Source: a virus
Virus record (IMG/VR): IMGVR_UViG_3300042556_001316
Location: 2,763-66,762 of that record
DNA: 64,000 nucleotides
Direction: 5' to 3' (one strand)
The position numbers and the translations under genes were made by a program. Position 1 is the stretch's first letter; each line of letters starts with the position of its first letter. Under the pieces are notes generated by a model. The model saw only the letters and a program-made list of their open reading frames with translations. It was not told where the DNA came from and did no database searches. Shown piece after piece: positions 29,101-40,300 of this stretch.

Positions 29101-32100
29101 CCCTTAGCTTTAGCAATCTCAGATATTTTATCCATTGCTTCTTTTTTACTAGGTAATGAAGCTTTAGATATTATTGTTTTAACATCACTAATAAGCTTCC
29201 CTTGATCAATATCTGCAAATTTTTGAGCTGCTTTTCTTATAGCTTCTGTCACGTTTTCTCCTAATTCAACAGCTGTGGCTACGGCATCTAATACATTTGC
29301 TACAATTTCTTTATAGCTACCTAAATCAACGACACCTGCTTTTTTAACATCACCTAGTGGACCAGATCCTTCCAAAAACTTATCAAATTCATCAGATCTT
29401 CTTATTTGAGAAGCCAAATCTTTAAGTTTCTTTGACCTCTTTTTCTTAACGTCAGCAGACGCAGACTGCATACCCTCTTCAAGACCTTCCTTTTTACCTT
29501 CTGCACGGGCCTTTTCAATTGCAGCATTTACTTCTTCATTATTTATTTCAAATATATTCTTATCTACCTGTTTTTCAACTGCATCAAATTGAGATTTTAC
29601 TTTTTCAATTCTCTCAACATAAGGTCTTACTGTTTTCTTTTGCTCAGCTGTTAAATTACTCTTGTTTAAATCAGCAATTGTTTCAGGAACCTCATCTACA
29701 TTAAGAACTTTTTTAAGATAACTTCTAGTTGTTTTTATTTCACTTGCATCAACATCTTGGAATACGAGGTTGAACAATCCCAAGTTTCTACCTGCTTTAT
29801 TTCCTAATGTTCTTAATACGTCTAAAACCTGCTTTCTTTGTTCATTTAAATTTTCAACTTCTAATAAATCACCCCTTGTTTGAGCTGCGTTTATTTTTTT
29901 GTCAATATTTAATAAATGAGAACCTGCTGTTACAATATTAAATTCTGTTGGCTCAACACCTCTTTTTGCCATTGAATCAACTTCATTAGCTATTTGTGTA
30001 TCTAAATCAACATTATTCTTTTTTGCTTTTTGATTTAAACTAGTTAATACATCTGTAGCTACAACATCACCACCTCTAACATCAAAATCTTTACTAAAGC
30101 CATAATTATCACCTAATGCCTTTTTAGAAATAGCTACTTCCTCTGGAGTTTTAGTAGGTTTCACTTCTCCTGTTACAGGTATTTCAACATCTGGTGCCGT
30201 AATTGGAGCTTCTTCTATTACTTCCGTAGGCTTAACTTCGGTAGTTTTAATTTCAGTTGGTTTAACTTTTTCAGCAGCAGCTTTTCTTTTTTCTATAATT
30301 TCCTGATTTTTTTCACTAAATTTTTTAGCTATAACCCTATCTAATAACTTCTCTTCAGGAGTCATAGGTGTTTCTATATCAGGTTCAGGGTATAATTTCT
30401 TTTTTAATGCTATTAATTCATCTACGCTTTTACTATTATATTCATCTTCTAAACTAGTTGGTTTAACTTCTTCTGTTACTTCAACTTCTGTAGGAGTAGC
30501 TTCTACTTCTGTTTCCATCATTTTAGAAGTAATCTTATCTAATTCTTGAAGGCTTGTCTTATCAGTTACGCCTAAAGCATCTTTCATTTTACTCATCAAT
30601 GCTTCAGAACTTAACCTAGCATTTTCAGGAACTGTAACTGAAGCGGATTTAAAGCCCGGCCTTCCAAATTCATCAAAAACTGTCGTGTCAACTAATGTAA
30701 ATATCTTCTTGCCATCTTTTTCAGTTTCTTTAACAAAGAATTTTTCGCCATTGTTTCTTCTTTCAGCCGCTTCTTGTCTTATATCACCTATAGAATTAGC
30801 CTCATTACCTTCAATAACTTCATACCCACGTCTTGTTCCTTCTACGGTTACTTCTGGTATTTCTTCAGTTATTGGTAATTTAGTTGCCTTAACTTCTGAA
30901 GGAATAGCTTCTCCTTTTATTACAGGTTCTTTAGCAGTACTTTGCTTATATTTATTAGTTATTTCATTAAAAAGCCTAAGTTTTTCTGTATAATTATCAA
31001 GTACATTTTTAGATGATTCATTGTCAGGATTATTTGAAAGCACATCTTTTGCATCTTGTATTTTACTTTCAAAATATTTTTTTGGATCTGCTAAGTATTT
31101 TTTTGCATTTTCACGCTCCCACTGATCTTCTGAATTAAGTTGAGATTCATAATAATCATAACTTAAGGCATCTCTAAGTTCGCTCTCTAATGTTTTCTTT
31201 TCTGCACCCTTTTCTTCTATTACAGGTTCTTTCACTGCATCAGCATTAATTTCTTCAGCTACTTTTACTTCAGTAGGTTTTTCTTCAGTTGATACAGATT
31301 CTTTTTCGGCAGTTTCTTTTATCTTTCTTTTCGCTTCTCTATCTTCTAACCCAGCAAATGGTTTACCTGCATCCTCAATAAATGTACCTTTATATACCTT
31401 ATCTATTTTATCTTGAACATCAGCAAGTTCTTTTGTTATTTTCTTTTGAACTTCTGGTGGTACATCTTTCTTTATTTTATCTTCAATAAACTGCTCTTGT
31501 ATTTTTAAATACATTAATTCAGTAGCTTCTTTTCTACTTAATTGTTCACCTTTACCATTAACCATTGGCACTCTTTCCAATACCTTATAAGCAGCATCTA
31601 CATTATTCTTTATTTGATTATATTCAGATTCTGATATTTCTTTATTAGCCAATGATTTTTCTGCTTGATATAATACTTCATCTCTGTTGGTAGCAGCTAG
31701 AAACAAAGCTTCTTTAGATTGCTTATCTATCTTAGGAACGCCTAAAATAGATTTTGTAGCAACATTAAACAATGTAAAATTTAAAAGTCCAACTACACGT
31801 CTTTTTATAAATTCAGCGTCTACTTTTTCTCCTTCTAAAGCTTCTTTCCCTCCTATTACTGTTTCAAAAACAGCACCTGATTTAAAACCTTTTTTTGCTC
31901 CTGCCCCTGCTGTTTTAGCAAAATCTGAAAGAAAACTTGTTAATGTTGGATTAGGTTTTTTTAATGCATTTAAAATAGCTGGATCATCTAATTTTTTTAT
32001 TGCTTTTTCAACAACCACTCCAAACTCTTTTGATGCACCTCTAATAGCTTTTACCATATCACTAGCCCCAGCTACTTTATAAGCTATTGTATTAACTACT

Positions 32101-34115
32101 ATATTAGTAAAAGCAGCTTGCTCTGGATTAGGATTCTTTTCTTTTAATTGTGTAGCTAATTCATCAGAATAAGATGTAACAGCTACATTAGCAAACATTT
32201 TACCAAAAGAACTAACTAAACCATATCCAGCTGTGGGAGTAGCTCCACCGGCAGTTAAAGTTTCTAATGCTATAAATGGAGCAATATCAGCAGTAAAGTT
32301 TAATAAAGATGATGTTATAGAATTAACGCCTACATTCCAACTCGTTTCGTCACTTGGGCGAATCCATTTATCAGGATTTCTTTCAAGCAAATCAATCATC
32401 TTATCTACCTTTTCATCCTGAGAAAGAGATTTATCTTTTATTATAGCCTGCCTTTGACTTTCTAATTCTGGTGTCAATTTTGCTTCCCCTCTTGCAATCA
32501 GACTATTCTTTGATGTAGGAGTGGTTGTAGGAGCTATATAATTTTCAATACCTAAAGCTTCCAGTGCAGCATTGTCATTTTCCTGCTGAGTCCTGAAAGG
32601 AGCAGCAGCTATGTCAACAATACCCTTACCTGTTTTACCCAAATTATACATGAATTTTTTACCTACTGCTCCTAACATAGAAGATCTTCCACCTACCAAA
32701 TCTTGAGCTATGGACTCAGTATCAAGATCTTTCGCATCTGGATATATTTGATCTATTTTAGCAAGCCTTGTACTAGCTAAATTTATTGTTTCTAATAATT
32801 TATTATATTTTTCATAATCTACAGGATCTAAAATACCACCTTGTTGTTTTGCTAAATCTACTAATGGCTTTATTTCATTTTGAGCGCTATTTATAGATAA
32901 GTTTAAACCAATTTCATCTAATTCTTTAAAAATCTGTTGATAACCTTTATACTCAAACTTATTTAATTGATTCTTGTCTACACCTAAATATTTCCTATAA
33001 AAAGCCGCCTTATCTGGATCTATTTGGTCTAAATAATTTAATGCAACAGATTGTTCCTCATTTATATTAGGGCTAATAGGATTGTTCTTTTTATCTTCCA
33101 AATCTTCTAAACTACCAAAATCATCAGCAGCATAAGTTGCTAAATCTTCTAATGCTTCTCTTTTTTTCTCTGGATCTGCAATAAATTGCTTTATCCTCTT
33201 AGCGGTTTGACCAATAAAATATTGTTTATTTTTTAATCCAGCACCGATAGACATTGCTTCCTGATTCTGTAAAAATTCTTCATCTTGTATTTTACTAAGC
33301 TTTAAATCTTTTTCTTCTGGAGTTAGACTGCTATTTTTCATAATAGCACTCTTTATATCATTCATTCCACTAGCCAACTCCTCTCTAAACAAAACCTCAG
33401 AAGTTCTTTTATTAAAAGAGTTTCTATCATTTCTGTATAAATCAGATAATTCTTGATCTGTATAACCAGTAGATTGTCTGTAAGATTCAGGTATTCTACT
33501 AACTTGATTTATAAAATCTTTTGAATATCCTGATTCTTCTAAATACTTATCTATTTCTTTAGAAACATTAATGTTATTTTCATCGTACTTCTTATCATAA
33601 GATATGATAGGCAAACCCATTGGAGTAACAGACACATTTTCTTTTGCCTCTTTAGGCTTCTTTAACTCATAAGACTGCCTTGCTAATACAGCCGGATTAG
33701 CGTTTTTATCAAATGGATCAGGATTTTTAACTAAAGCAGGTTGCTCAACACTATTTTTTGTAAACGATAATGGCAATTCTGTAGGATCTGATAGAATCCC
33801 AGAAAGATTTGATCCGGACAATCCAAGATTTTTTTTTTCAGGGCTGATAATTGTTAAACTATCAGTGAATGATTTGAAATCAGGGACTTCAGATTTTCCG
33901 TATGCATCAACTAAATTATCATGTATTAACTTAGCATATTTAGGATCTTTTATTTTTTTCTCAAAAGTAACCTCATCAGGAACTTCTCCCACTCCAAAAG
34001 CATCAATTAAATTCTCATGAATTTTTTTCCAATAACTTTTTGGTTTTGGATCTGTATCACCAAAAGTAAATGTTTCTACAGGTAAAATTTCTTTATTAAT
34101 TATTTCTTCTGCCAT
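26190..34115 (-). CDS. giant internal virion / ejection protein
   Basis: 2641 aa, mostly helical, last of three cargo-type genes after the tail genes. Confidence 0.75.
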   Translation of the reverse strand: MAEEIINKEILPVETFTFGDTDPKPKSYWKKIHENLIDAFGVGEVPDEVTFEKKIKDPKYAKLIHDNLVDAYGKSEVPDFKSFTDSLTIISPEKKNLGLSGSNLSGILSDPTELPLSFTKNSVEQPALVKNPDPFDKNANPAVLARQSYELKKPKEAKENVSVTPMGLPIISYDKKYDENNINVSKEIDKYLEESGYSKDFINQVSRIPESYRQSTGYTDQELSDLYRNDRNSFNKRTSEVLFREELASGMNDIKSAIMKNSSLTPEEKDLKLSKIQDEEFLQNQEAMSIGAGLKNKQYFIGQTAKRIKQFIADPEKKREALEDLATYAADDFGSLEDLEDKKNNPISPNINEEQSVALNYLDQIDPDKAAFYRKYLGVDKNQLNKFEYKGYQQIFKELDEIGLNLSINSAQNEIKPLVDLAKQQGGILDPVDYEKYNKLLETINLASTRLAKIDQIYPDAKDLDTESIAQDLVGGRSSMLGAVGKKFMYNLGKTGKGIVDIAAAPFRTQQENDNAALEALGIENYIAPTTTPTSKNSLIARGEAKLTPELESQRQAIIKDKSLSQDEKVDKMIDLLERNPDKWIRPSDETSWNVGVNSITSSLLNFTADIAPFIALETLTAGGATPTAGYGLVSSFGKMFANVAVTSYSDELATQLKEKNPNPEQAAFTNIVVNTIAYKVAGASDMVKAIRGASKEFGVVVEKAIKKLDDPAILNALKKPNPTLTSFLSDFAKTAGAGAKKGFKSGAVFETVIGGKEALEGEKVDAEFIKRRVVGLLNFTLFNVATKSILGVPKIDKQSKEALFLAATNRDEVLYQAEKSLANKEISESEYNQIKNNVDAAYKVLERVPMVNGKGEQLSRKEATELMYLKIQEQFIEDKIKKDVPPEVQKKITKELADVQDKIDKVYKGTFIEDAGKPFAGLEDREAKRKIKETAEKESVSTEEKPTEVKVAEEINADAVKEPVIEEKGAEKKTLESELRDALSYDYYESQLNSEDQWERENAKKYLADPKKYFESKIQDAKDVLSNNPDNESSKNVLDNYTEKLRLFNEITNKYKQSTAKEPVIKGEAIPSEVKATKLPITEEIPEVTVEGTRRGYEVIEGNEANSIGDIRQEAAERRNNGEKFFVKETEKDGKKIFTLVDTTVFDEFGRPGFKSASVTVPENARLSSEALMSKMKDALGVTDKTSLQELDKITSKMMETEVEATPTEVEVTEEVKPTSLEDEYNSKSVDELIALKKKLYPEPDIETPMTPEEKLLDRVIAKKFSEKNQEIIEKRKAAAEKVKPTEIKTTEVKPTEVIEEAPITAPDVEIPVTGEVKPTKTPEEVAISKKALGDNYGFSKDFDVRGGDVVATDVLTSLNQKAKKNNVDLDTQIANEVDSMAKRGVEPTEFNIVTAGSHLLNIDKKINAAQTRGDLLEVENLNEQRKQVLDVLRTLGNKAGRNLGLFNLVFQDVDASEIKTTRSYLKKVLNVDEVPETIADLNKSNLTAEQKKTVRPYVERIEKVKSQFDAVEKQVDKNIFEINNEEVNAAIEKARAEGKKEGLEEGMQSASADVKKKRSKKLKDLASQIRRSDEFDKFLEGSGPLGDVKKAGVVDLGSYKEIVANVLDAVATAVELGENVTEAIRKAAQKFADIDQGKLISDVKTIISKASLPSKKEAMDKISEIAKAKGVTGITKEMTDQGLIKDIVNSYLGENLPSDKILEAAANDLKSILPSVTKENLSDAYVERGEFKKQTKAKIENEIEQKKADVKRIAVKEARLKALEAADEYHLEETKEGKKRIKSDYEKELDDKISSLLKEKNNLEKEQKVSKAPKTEQDKIDEINREISYVKQTKSVYEQAIQNPKKASEALLAAREERDRTYASLGLKLEKNAKSPILIERDYQAALKEIKESNLSDAEKNIKIEELSVQRNSDLQGTKQGVVSSLSDDIVNYVNSNLKNPDLNNNLRSILNGLEPTGEKLDDQINKAYTKLNKLLEDESLSKEERKSINKIITDLENNNQLTSDQLSAKRLQKQWENEIRKAETDIASGNFTKIPNNTYDYRRNDQLVVLNKARENKTGQYNRLVADAKEKNRTKAEKALDLSTKFLVSGIHTASKVLEAATFKPFMDSVVDLTAGRLASYITGAPYTSLYSVKKGYKTFAAFKNKEAAQKYIQKLQNDRDAALVRLQEANESGNKNEIKKADKEFKKADLEYAVSTLYNSIETNVLNSFWQYVKHGATDYDVNIGKSSKKDISEYRTILGKTGYVLDGWIRLHGAMKSSLSARPEMMKVFSSTLKDFQNKGKELTPENISIAMVLAADAYEAGRLTNKTALSKMISRGKGSEKSTMTRLITKGLMPVSTIAVNLAKRGIDYSTLGAEGFVRLATETRKGMKLNEVEGKTYDGIILRIKDGWNRMPLKERAYINGVIGRGLFGSAMMLVTAYGLSNGMIKYGGTFEDQRKRKIMASDGEQLKAGEWEFFGERMPKAASLFLNHLPEFLTISLIADNYQINQMGGTGGEKFETTIDEIEARLPFQTIAGVFVPGRRVNTLVDRFTRIPIAAEAATLFDEKAEFRDKSDFINRIRGNIGLGFLNATKEQQKQIDKIKKSLRKLPIGTLTPADEKEIDSVIEEIKNIDFGELEIKKATEEMQKELEQLKKE

Positions 34116-35500
34116 TAGTTTGTCATTTTATTTTTTGGTGTCTTTAATCCGCCCAGTACTTCAACTGTTCTTGAAGGATTACCAGATATTATTTTACCCT
34201 TAATTTCATTTGTTACGTTAGTTTTATTAGACCAGTCATATCCAGTCTGTTTACCTTTATTATCAAATTTTGGATATCCCAAAAATATACTACCATCTTT
34301 ATCTTCTCCTAAAACAGGCTCTAATTTTATAACATTTTTCTCATAAGGTAACCCTTTATCTTTAAGTATTTTTTGTGCGCCTACAGGCATATCTACTTCT
34401 TTAACATAGTCTTTAACTAAAGTTACCGGAACATTTAACATTTGTAGTGTATTGTTATCACTAAAAACTTTTCCGCTTCTATAATTACTAATTGTTTGGT
34501 TTAAAATATCTCTAGCCCCTTGTGTTGCTAATATTTTACCTAAAGCTGTACTAGAATTTAAATCATTTTGCGCTCTTATTTTTTCTTTCTTCAGCCATTC
34601 AGCAAACTTACCCTTATCATTTAATTCTAAATCACCCTCAAAAGTAATTTCTTCTTTTGGAACTTTAGCTATACCATAAGCCCTAGCTAAATCTGCTGGT
34701 GTCTGAATTTTTTGATTGTATACCTCTTCAAAAATTGGATTTAATTTATTAACAGTTTCTTTGTCAGCATTAAATAATTCAGTAAAATACTCTTGCGTAC
34801 CCTTGTCAGATTTAAAATTATAATAAGCATTGTCACCAAGTGCTTTTTGACTATCAGGGGTAAACATATTTTTTTTAATTTTTTTACTATACCCCGTATC
34901 TATTTTTTTATCATCCAGTTGAGGAATATTTTGTTCTATTTCTTTTGGCTTTACATTTTTTGTAACAGCAGACGTAAATTTAACTTCATCATAAGGATCA
35001 TATATATCTACCAAAGATGCATCTGGAGCTATGTAGCCAGCACCAACAGGTAACATAGCATTATTCAATACATCTATATAATTATCAGAAACATGTTTAC
35101 CAGATTTAATAGCTTGATTAATGTAATCTTTAAAAGCTTTTCTTTCACCAGTAGCCTGTTTTCCTTCTTCAATAAAAGATTGTAAATCTTTAAACGCAGC
35201 CATTAGATTTGACTGAGCATCATATCCATATTTTGAAGGATTGGTAATTTCTTTTTTATTTTTAATCCCGTATTCTTGCACTTGCTTTAGCTTATTAGCA
35301 AACACATCAATCTCGCCTTTACTTAGTCCAGCAGTATTTAAACTTTTTTCCCAATCTTTAAAATACTTATCTACAGCCTCAGCTTTAGCTTGCTGCTTTT
35401 GCATAAGATTAATAGCTAATTGAGTTGGCTTAGATGTAATATCTATCGCAACATTTCCTCCTCTATATGGGTTTATACCCAATAATCCTGTACTTGCCAT
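34115..35500 (-). CDS. putative internal virion / ejection protein
   Basis: 461 aa; position. Confidence 0.65.
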   Translation of the reverse strand: MASTGLLGINPYRGGNVAIDITSKPTQLAINLMQKQQAKAEAVDKYFKDWEKSLNTAGLSKGEIDVFANKLKQVQEYGIKNKKEITNPSKYGYDAQSNLMAAFKDLQSFIEEGKQATGERKAFKDYINQAIKSGKHVSDNYIDVLNNAMLPVGAGYIAPDASLVDIYDPYDEVKFTSAVTKNVKPKEIEQNIPQLDDKKIDTGYSKKIKKNMFTPDSQKALGDNAYYNFKSDKGTQEYFTELFNADKETVNKLNPIFEEVYNQKIQTPADLARAYGIAKVPKEEITFEGDLELNDKGKFAEWLKKEKIRAQNDLNSSTALGKILATQGARDILNQTISNYRSGKVFSDNNTLQMLNVPVTLVKDYVKEVDMPVGAQKILKDKGLPYEKNVIKLEPVLGEDKDGSIFLGYPKFDNKGKQTGYDWSNKTNVTNEIKGKIISGNPSRTVEVLGGLKTPKNKMTN

Positions 35501-36258
35501 TAAAAAATCTTTTTAGGGGTACTTGTTTGAAAATATCTATTAACAGAGCTAGGAAGTTTTGCCTTGGATCCCGGCATACTAAACTTAGGTGATGCCAAAG
35601 ACGCGTCTACTAAAGGAGTTTTAACTGCTTTTTTACCTAAATCAGGATTAGTATAATCAAGATTTGTAGCATAAGAAAGAGCATTACTTAAACCTTGCCC
35701 TACCATTTGCATACCGGCATTATATCTTTCACCAGCAGCCGCTCCTTTCATTTGCTCTAATTGAAGCTTACGTTGATAAGGAGTCATTTCGTTAATATCA
35801 AATAATTCATCTTCTTGAGCCTTTTTCATTTGAGTAGCCCTAGCTAATTCAGAAAATCTCTGAGCTTGCATTTGTTCTCCTTGAGCAATTGCACCTTGAG
35901 AAGCACCTCTTTCTAATCCACCAAGCCTAGATATACCACCAATTGCAGATCTTCTATCTTGAAGTGCGCCTAAACCAGAAGCAGTTGTTCTTCTTGCATT
36001 TTGCATAGTTTGTTGATAAGCAGCTGATTGATACGGGCTTTCTTTATATCTGTTTAAAGCTTCTTGATAATAATCATTAAGAGCTTTACTTTCAGTAGCT
36101 AAAGGACTATTTTGAGCCTGTCTTTCAAGGGCAGATTGCGCTCTTTTTTGAGCTTTATTTGATGAAATCATTTGAGCTGCACCTAAGCCAACAGACGCCG
36201 CTGTACCAGCTAATGCTATAGTTGCTGCTGTACTTAATCCTGCGATTGCGAAAGCCAT
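35500..36258 (-). CDS. putative DNA pilot / ejection protein
   Basis: Ala/Gly-rich hydrophobic N-terminus, Gln/Ala helical body. Confidence 0.7.
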   Translation of the reverse strand: MAFAIAGLSTAATIALAGTAASVGLGAAQMISSNKAQKRAQSALERQAQNSPLATESKALNDYYQEALNRYKESPYQSAAYQQTMQNARRTTASGLGALQDRRSAIGGISRLGGLERGASQGAIAQGEQMQAQRFSELARATQMKKAQEDELFDINEMTPYQRKLQLEQMKGAAAGERYNAGMQMVGQGLSNALSYATNLDYTNPDLGKKAVKTPLVDASLASPKFSMPGSKAKLPSSVNRYFQTSTPKKIF

Positions 36259-36749
36259 AATTCCTTATTTTTATTTTTTAAAATTTGTTTATATTCTTTA
36301 CCTACATCTGAACCAGTAATCTGATTAATGTAAGGCTCTAATATTTTATCTTCTATTGATTCAACTATCTTCTCTATTTCCTCTTCACTTAAATCGTTAT
36401 ATTCAGATTTCATTCCATCTATTCTGTGAAATGTAGTCCAAATACAATCTTCAATTATGAATAAAACTCTTCTTGTTCCCGGCTTTGTAATACCAGTATA
36501 AGGAGCAGTTATTTCATACCATTCTTGCGCATCAATTGAAACAGCCGCTTTACCATAAGATACAACATACGGATGTTCCGTTTTATGTATCTTACTTGTC
36601 CATAAAGAACCTGCTGGCATAAAGATTTCTCTTATATACATGCCATCAGTAAATTTATGAACTAACGGACCTTCTATTAACTCATCAGGGAATTGCATCA
36701 TTGCAGCTTCAATATTATCTACAATATCATCATTTTCCCTAATAATCAT
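36234..36749 (-). CDS. cupin-fold protein
   Basis: HKFTDGMYIREIFMPAG..KIHKTEH; typical position before podovirus ejection genes. Confidence 0.75.
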   Translation of the reverse strand: MIIRENDDIVDNIEAAMMQFPDELIEGPLVHKFTDGMYIREIFMPAGSLWTSKIHKTEHPYVVSYGKAAVSIDAQEWYEITAPYTGITKPGTRRVLFIIEDCIWTTFHRIDGMKSEYNDLSEEEIEKIVESIEDKILEPYINQITGSDVGKEYKQILKNKNKELWLSQSQD

Positions 36750-37294
36750 TACCTATTATTTAATGGCGAATTAATATATTTAGTCGTTGCGCTGTTCAAA
36801 TATACGAAAGAATTTGCACTTGCTTTCTCAAATTTTATAACAATATAATTGCCTTTTAAGCTATCCCCTTCAATAAGGCCTCCCGGACTATTTGAATCCC
36901 TTAAAAATGATGCATGGTACTCGGATTCTAGGTCTTGGAAGTCTGTTGCTAAAAGCTCACTATCCTGCCTAGTACCGGCACTTTCCATCTGGGTATATAT
37001 ATCTGGGCAAGCCCACACTGTGTTTCCTGTTTCCATAACAGAAACCCAAGTCTTTTTATCCAATGAATTTGAGTTAAATACCGGAGTTATTGATGCATTA
37101 TATTGAGTTCCATAGAAATTACAATAAGGACTCGTTCCATGCTTCCAAATTGCTCCATTTTTAAATGTAAACATAGTAGTGTTCACCTCACCCATAAATT
37201 CAGGATGATACGAATAAAATGACTCAAAAGCATTATCAGGCTCTGAAAAGGCTATTGTAAATGGATCTTGATGAAAATATAATGTATTTGCCAT
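36749..37294 (-). CDS. tail muzzle/stabilisation protein, C-terminal part
   Basis: TIAFSE..FESFYSY..FTFKNG.IWKH..NFYG resembles the C-terminus of crAss-like muzzle proteins. Confidence 0.65.
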   Translation of the reverse strand: MANTLYFHQDPFTIAFSEPDNAFESFYSYHPEFMGEVNTTMFTFKNGAIWKHGTSPYCNFYGTQYNASITPVFNSNSLDKKTWVSVMETGNTVWACPDIYTQMESAGTRQDSELLATDFQDLESEYHASFLRDSNSPGGLIEGDSLKGNYIVIKFEKASANSFVYLNSATTKYINSPLNNR

Positions 37295-37312
37295 TTAATT
37301 TAATTTACTTAA

Positions 37313-40300
37313 TTAACAAGATGTTTCGGTTGTTAATGTACCATTACCTCCTGTAACTAACCAGTTATTTACTCCATTAGAATAATAATTATTAGGTACA
37401 ACAGTTGTTAGTGCCGAGTCTTGATAAACTACTACACTATTAGTTAATACTGAAGATGCTGAATAATAGTTTAAAGGTGTGACTGCAAAATCAACACAAG
37501 CTAAAGCGCCGCTAATTGAATCTACCCCTAGTGGGAAAGTATAAAAAGACAAAGTTGTTGTTGTTGTTGTTGGCGGCAAAGTAGTAGTAGTACTTGTACT
37601 AGTCGTAGTAGTAGTTGGAGCCTCCGTTGTAGTTGTTGTTGTACTTGTTGTTGAGGTCGTTGTACTAGTCGTTGTAGCAGGAGCAGCCGTTGTAGTTGTA
37701 GTTGTACTAGTAGTCGTTGTAGTTGGCGCCGCAGTAGTCGTAGTGCTTGTAGTGGTCGTAGTAGGAGCTATAGTTGTTGTTGTCGTTGGCGCAGCAGTTG
37801 TTGTTGTCGTTGTAACACATTGAACAAAATTACCAGCAGCAACATTAAGATTAAAATATACAGTCGTATTTGAGTTTATTGAAGGAATTATTACAGGATT
37901 TGATTTACCACATTTAGATTCAAAATCTCCACTGGTATTACCTACTCCATATTGAATATCATTACCAGAAGCATCAGTTATAGTAATATACGGTGTAGAT
38001 CCTTGGTTAAATGTTTTTCCAAAAAAAAGATCATAAAGCGGATAGTTACTAGTATTAAATGTAGACTGTTGCCATAATGTCCAACTCAAACCCAAATTTG
38101 TACTATACCATAATTGTATTAATTGTCCAGTATTAGAAAGTTCTGATATTCTCCAATCAATATCAAAAAATATACTTGATGTCGTAGTGGTAGTTATAGG
38201 CGCAATCGTAGTTGTTGTAGTACTGGTTGTAGTCGTAGTTGGAGCAGCCGTAGTTGTGGTAGTCGTTGTTGTTGTACTAGTCGTTGTTGTTGTAGTGGTA
38301 GTAGGACCTGACGTTGTAGTAGTTGTAGAAGGAGGTAAATACCTATTAATTTCCTCCATTGCAATAATATACTTATTGGTATTAGCATCAAATACACCAT
38401 ATATACATGGATTACCAGAATATATCGCGCCTGTCGCAGGTACACCATTATTTAAACTCTGTCTATAAGCAGCAAGTGTAGCTACAAAAAAAGCATTTGT
38501 TTTATTAGTAATACTAATAGGAGTTATTCCATCTTGTGCCAATCTACATACGACACCCCTAAAATTATCTACAAAGTAATCTGCAAAGTTATTCCATGCA
38601 AGACTTGTAGCTGCATCACCAATTCCATAATCACCAGCATAATACTGAATCTTATTAATTAACTGATTGCTATTAGCTTGTAATGGGTTCCCAGTTACAT
38701 CTTTTACAATTTGAGTTAAGATAGGAACATTACCCACTTTAAAGTTTTGGTAAACCTTTAAATATCTATCTCTAACATGCAACCTTAATACATCACCAAA
38801 CGACCTATCATACTCATCAAAATCTTCATAAATGAATCTATTTGTAGCATTAAGATTAGTATTTGATTGATATGCTTGTCCAAATCTAATTAATGTAGGA
38901 AAATATGTTTGACTAGCATTTTCATCTATTACTGAAGCTCTACCATTGCTATTTGTAATCAAATTATATGTATCATTAAAACTACTTTCTATAATTTCAA
39001 TTTCAGAACCTTTTAAAACTTGAAACTCAAATGTCATTGGCTGAACAAATATGCTATTAGAACCAACTGCATCATTTGTAGACTTAGCTACAATATACAC
39101 TTTACCTGTTTGAGGAACAGTAATTTGCTTATCAATAGTAAATGTAGTATCTACGTTTTGTTTTATATCGTTTACTTCAATTGGAAGCAATGAAATAGTA
39201 ATTTTAGGCGATAATGGAACTAAATTAGTACAAATAAGAGCATAAACAGAAAACTGTGATGTCCCATCAGATGCCATATTAAAAGTACCCTTTATAGAAA
39301 CAGGTTGCTGTAAAGTTGTAGACTTATTGTAGAAAAAATAACCACTATCAGACCAAACGGGATAACTTGATCCTGTTAAAGCAACATCAACATTTGGCTG
39401 TGTTTGTATTCTATATGATGTATTATCAATAGTTGTATCAACTGTTATTGGGAATGATACACTTCTTGAAACAAAAGCACCAGAAACTCCAATATTGAAT
39501 ACTCCCGATGTATATTCATATTTATTACTATAAGGAACCCTTCTCAATCTATAAAACAAGTCACCATTATTAAGAGCAAGAGTTGTTCCTCCGTTAGGAA
39601 GCTTTGTTAAACCAAAATGATACCTTGTTGGTAAACCAGCATCACCAATACCATATTGCTTACCAAACTCATAAAAAAATCTTTGAGTTGAAGAAGCATT
39701 GTTTGTGTAATTATACAACAATATTTCATAATGCTGCCAATCTTCAGTTCCGGGGAACTGAAATCCAATACTAATATCATTAGTTGGGTATCTTAATTTA
39801 AGAAAATTACCAACCGCCGTATTTGTATTATTATTAGCTGTAGTAGTATATTCAATAGTAGAAAGCGTACCAACTATTTCATAATCAAATTGACTTGTAA
39901 TATCCTGAGCTGCGCCAGTAACATCATATCTTCTTAAGAATTTAATTCTATCTCCCTCTGTGTAGTTATAAGAAACAACATTTTGGGTTGAACTAATTTG
40001 GTCATTATATTCTTGAATATTACCAATACCTATGTAAAGAAATTTTGTATTATCTACTCCATCAGGCAATGACACATAAGCTGAATCACTTACCCAGCAA
40101 AGACGCTTGTTGTAAGTTGTATTATTAGATCTAACAATCTGATAATAAGAAGCATATAATGGAGGCCTATTTAAAATAGATAAGTTTACTAATGGGAAAT
40201 CATCTGTAAGAAATCTTGGCGGAGTATTAATTACGGCACTTGGTGATGTTTGTGTACCAATCGTTCTACCCTGTGCATCAAAATATTGAATACCATACTG

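Noticed and set aside
26190-34115. Virion RNA polymerase
   Set aside because: The closest motif, DFDVR, lacks the third Asp of DxDxD, and host-type promoters precede the late genes
26143-35423. Numerous + strand ORFs over the cargo genes
   Set aside because: Fully antisense to long coding genes and with shadow-like composition
38187-38468. Poly-Val + strand ORF
   Set aside because: Antisense of the poly-Thr tract
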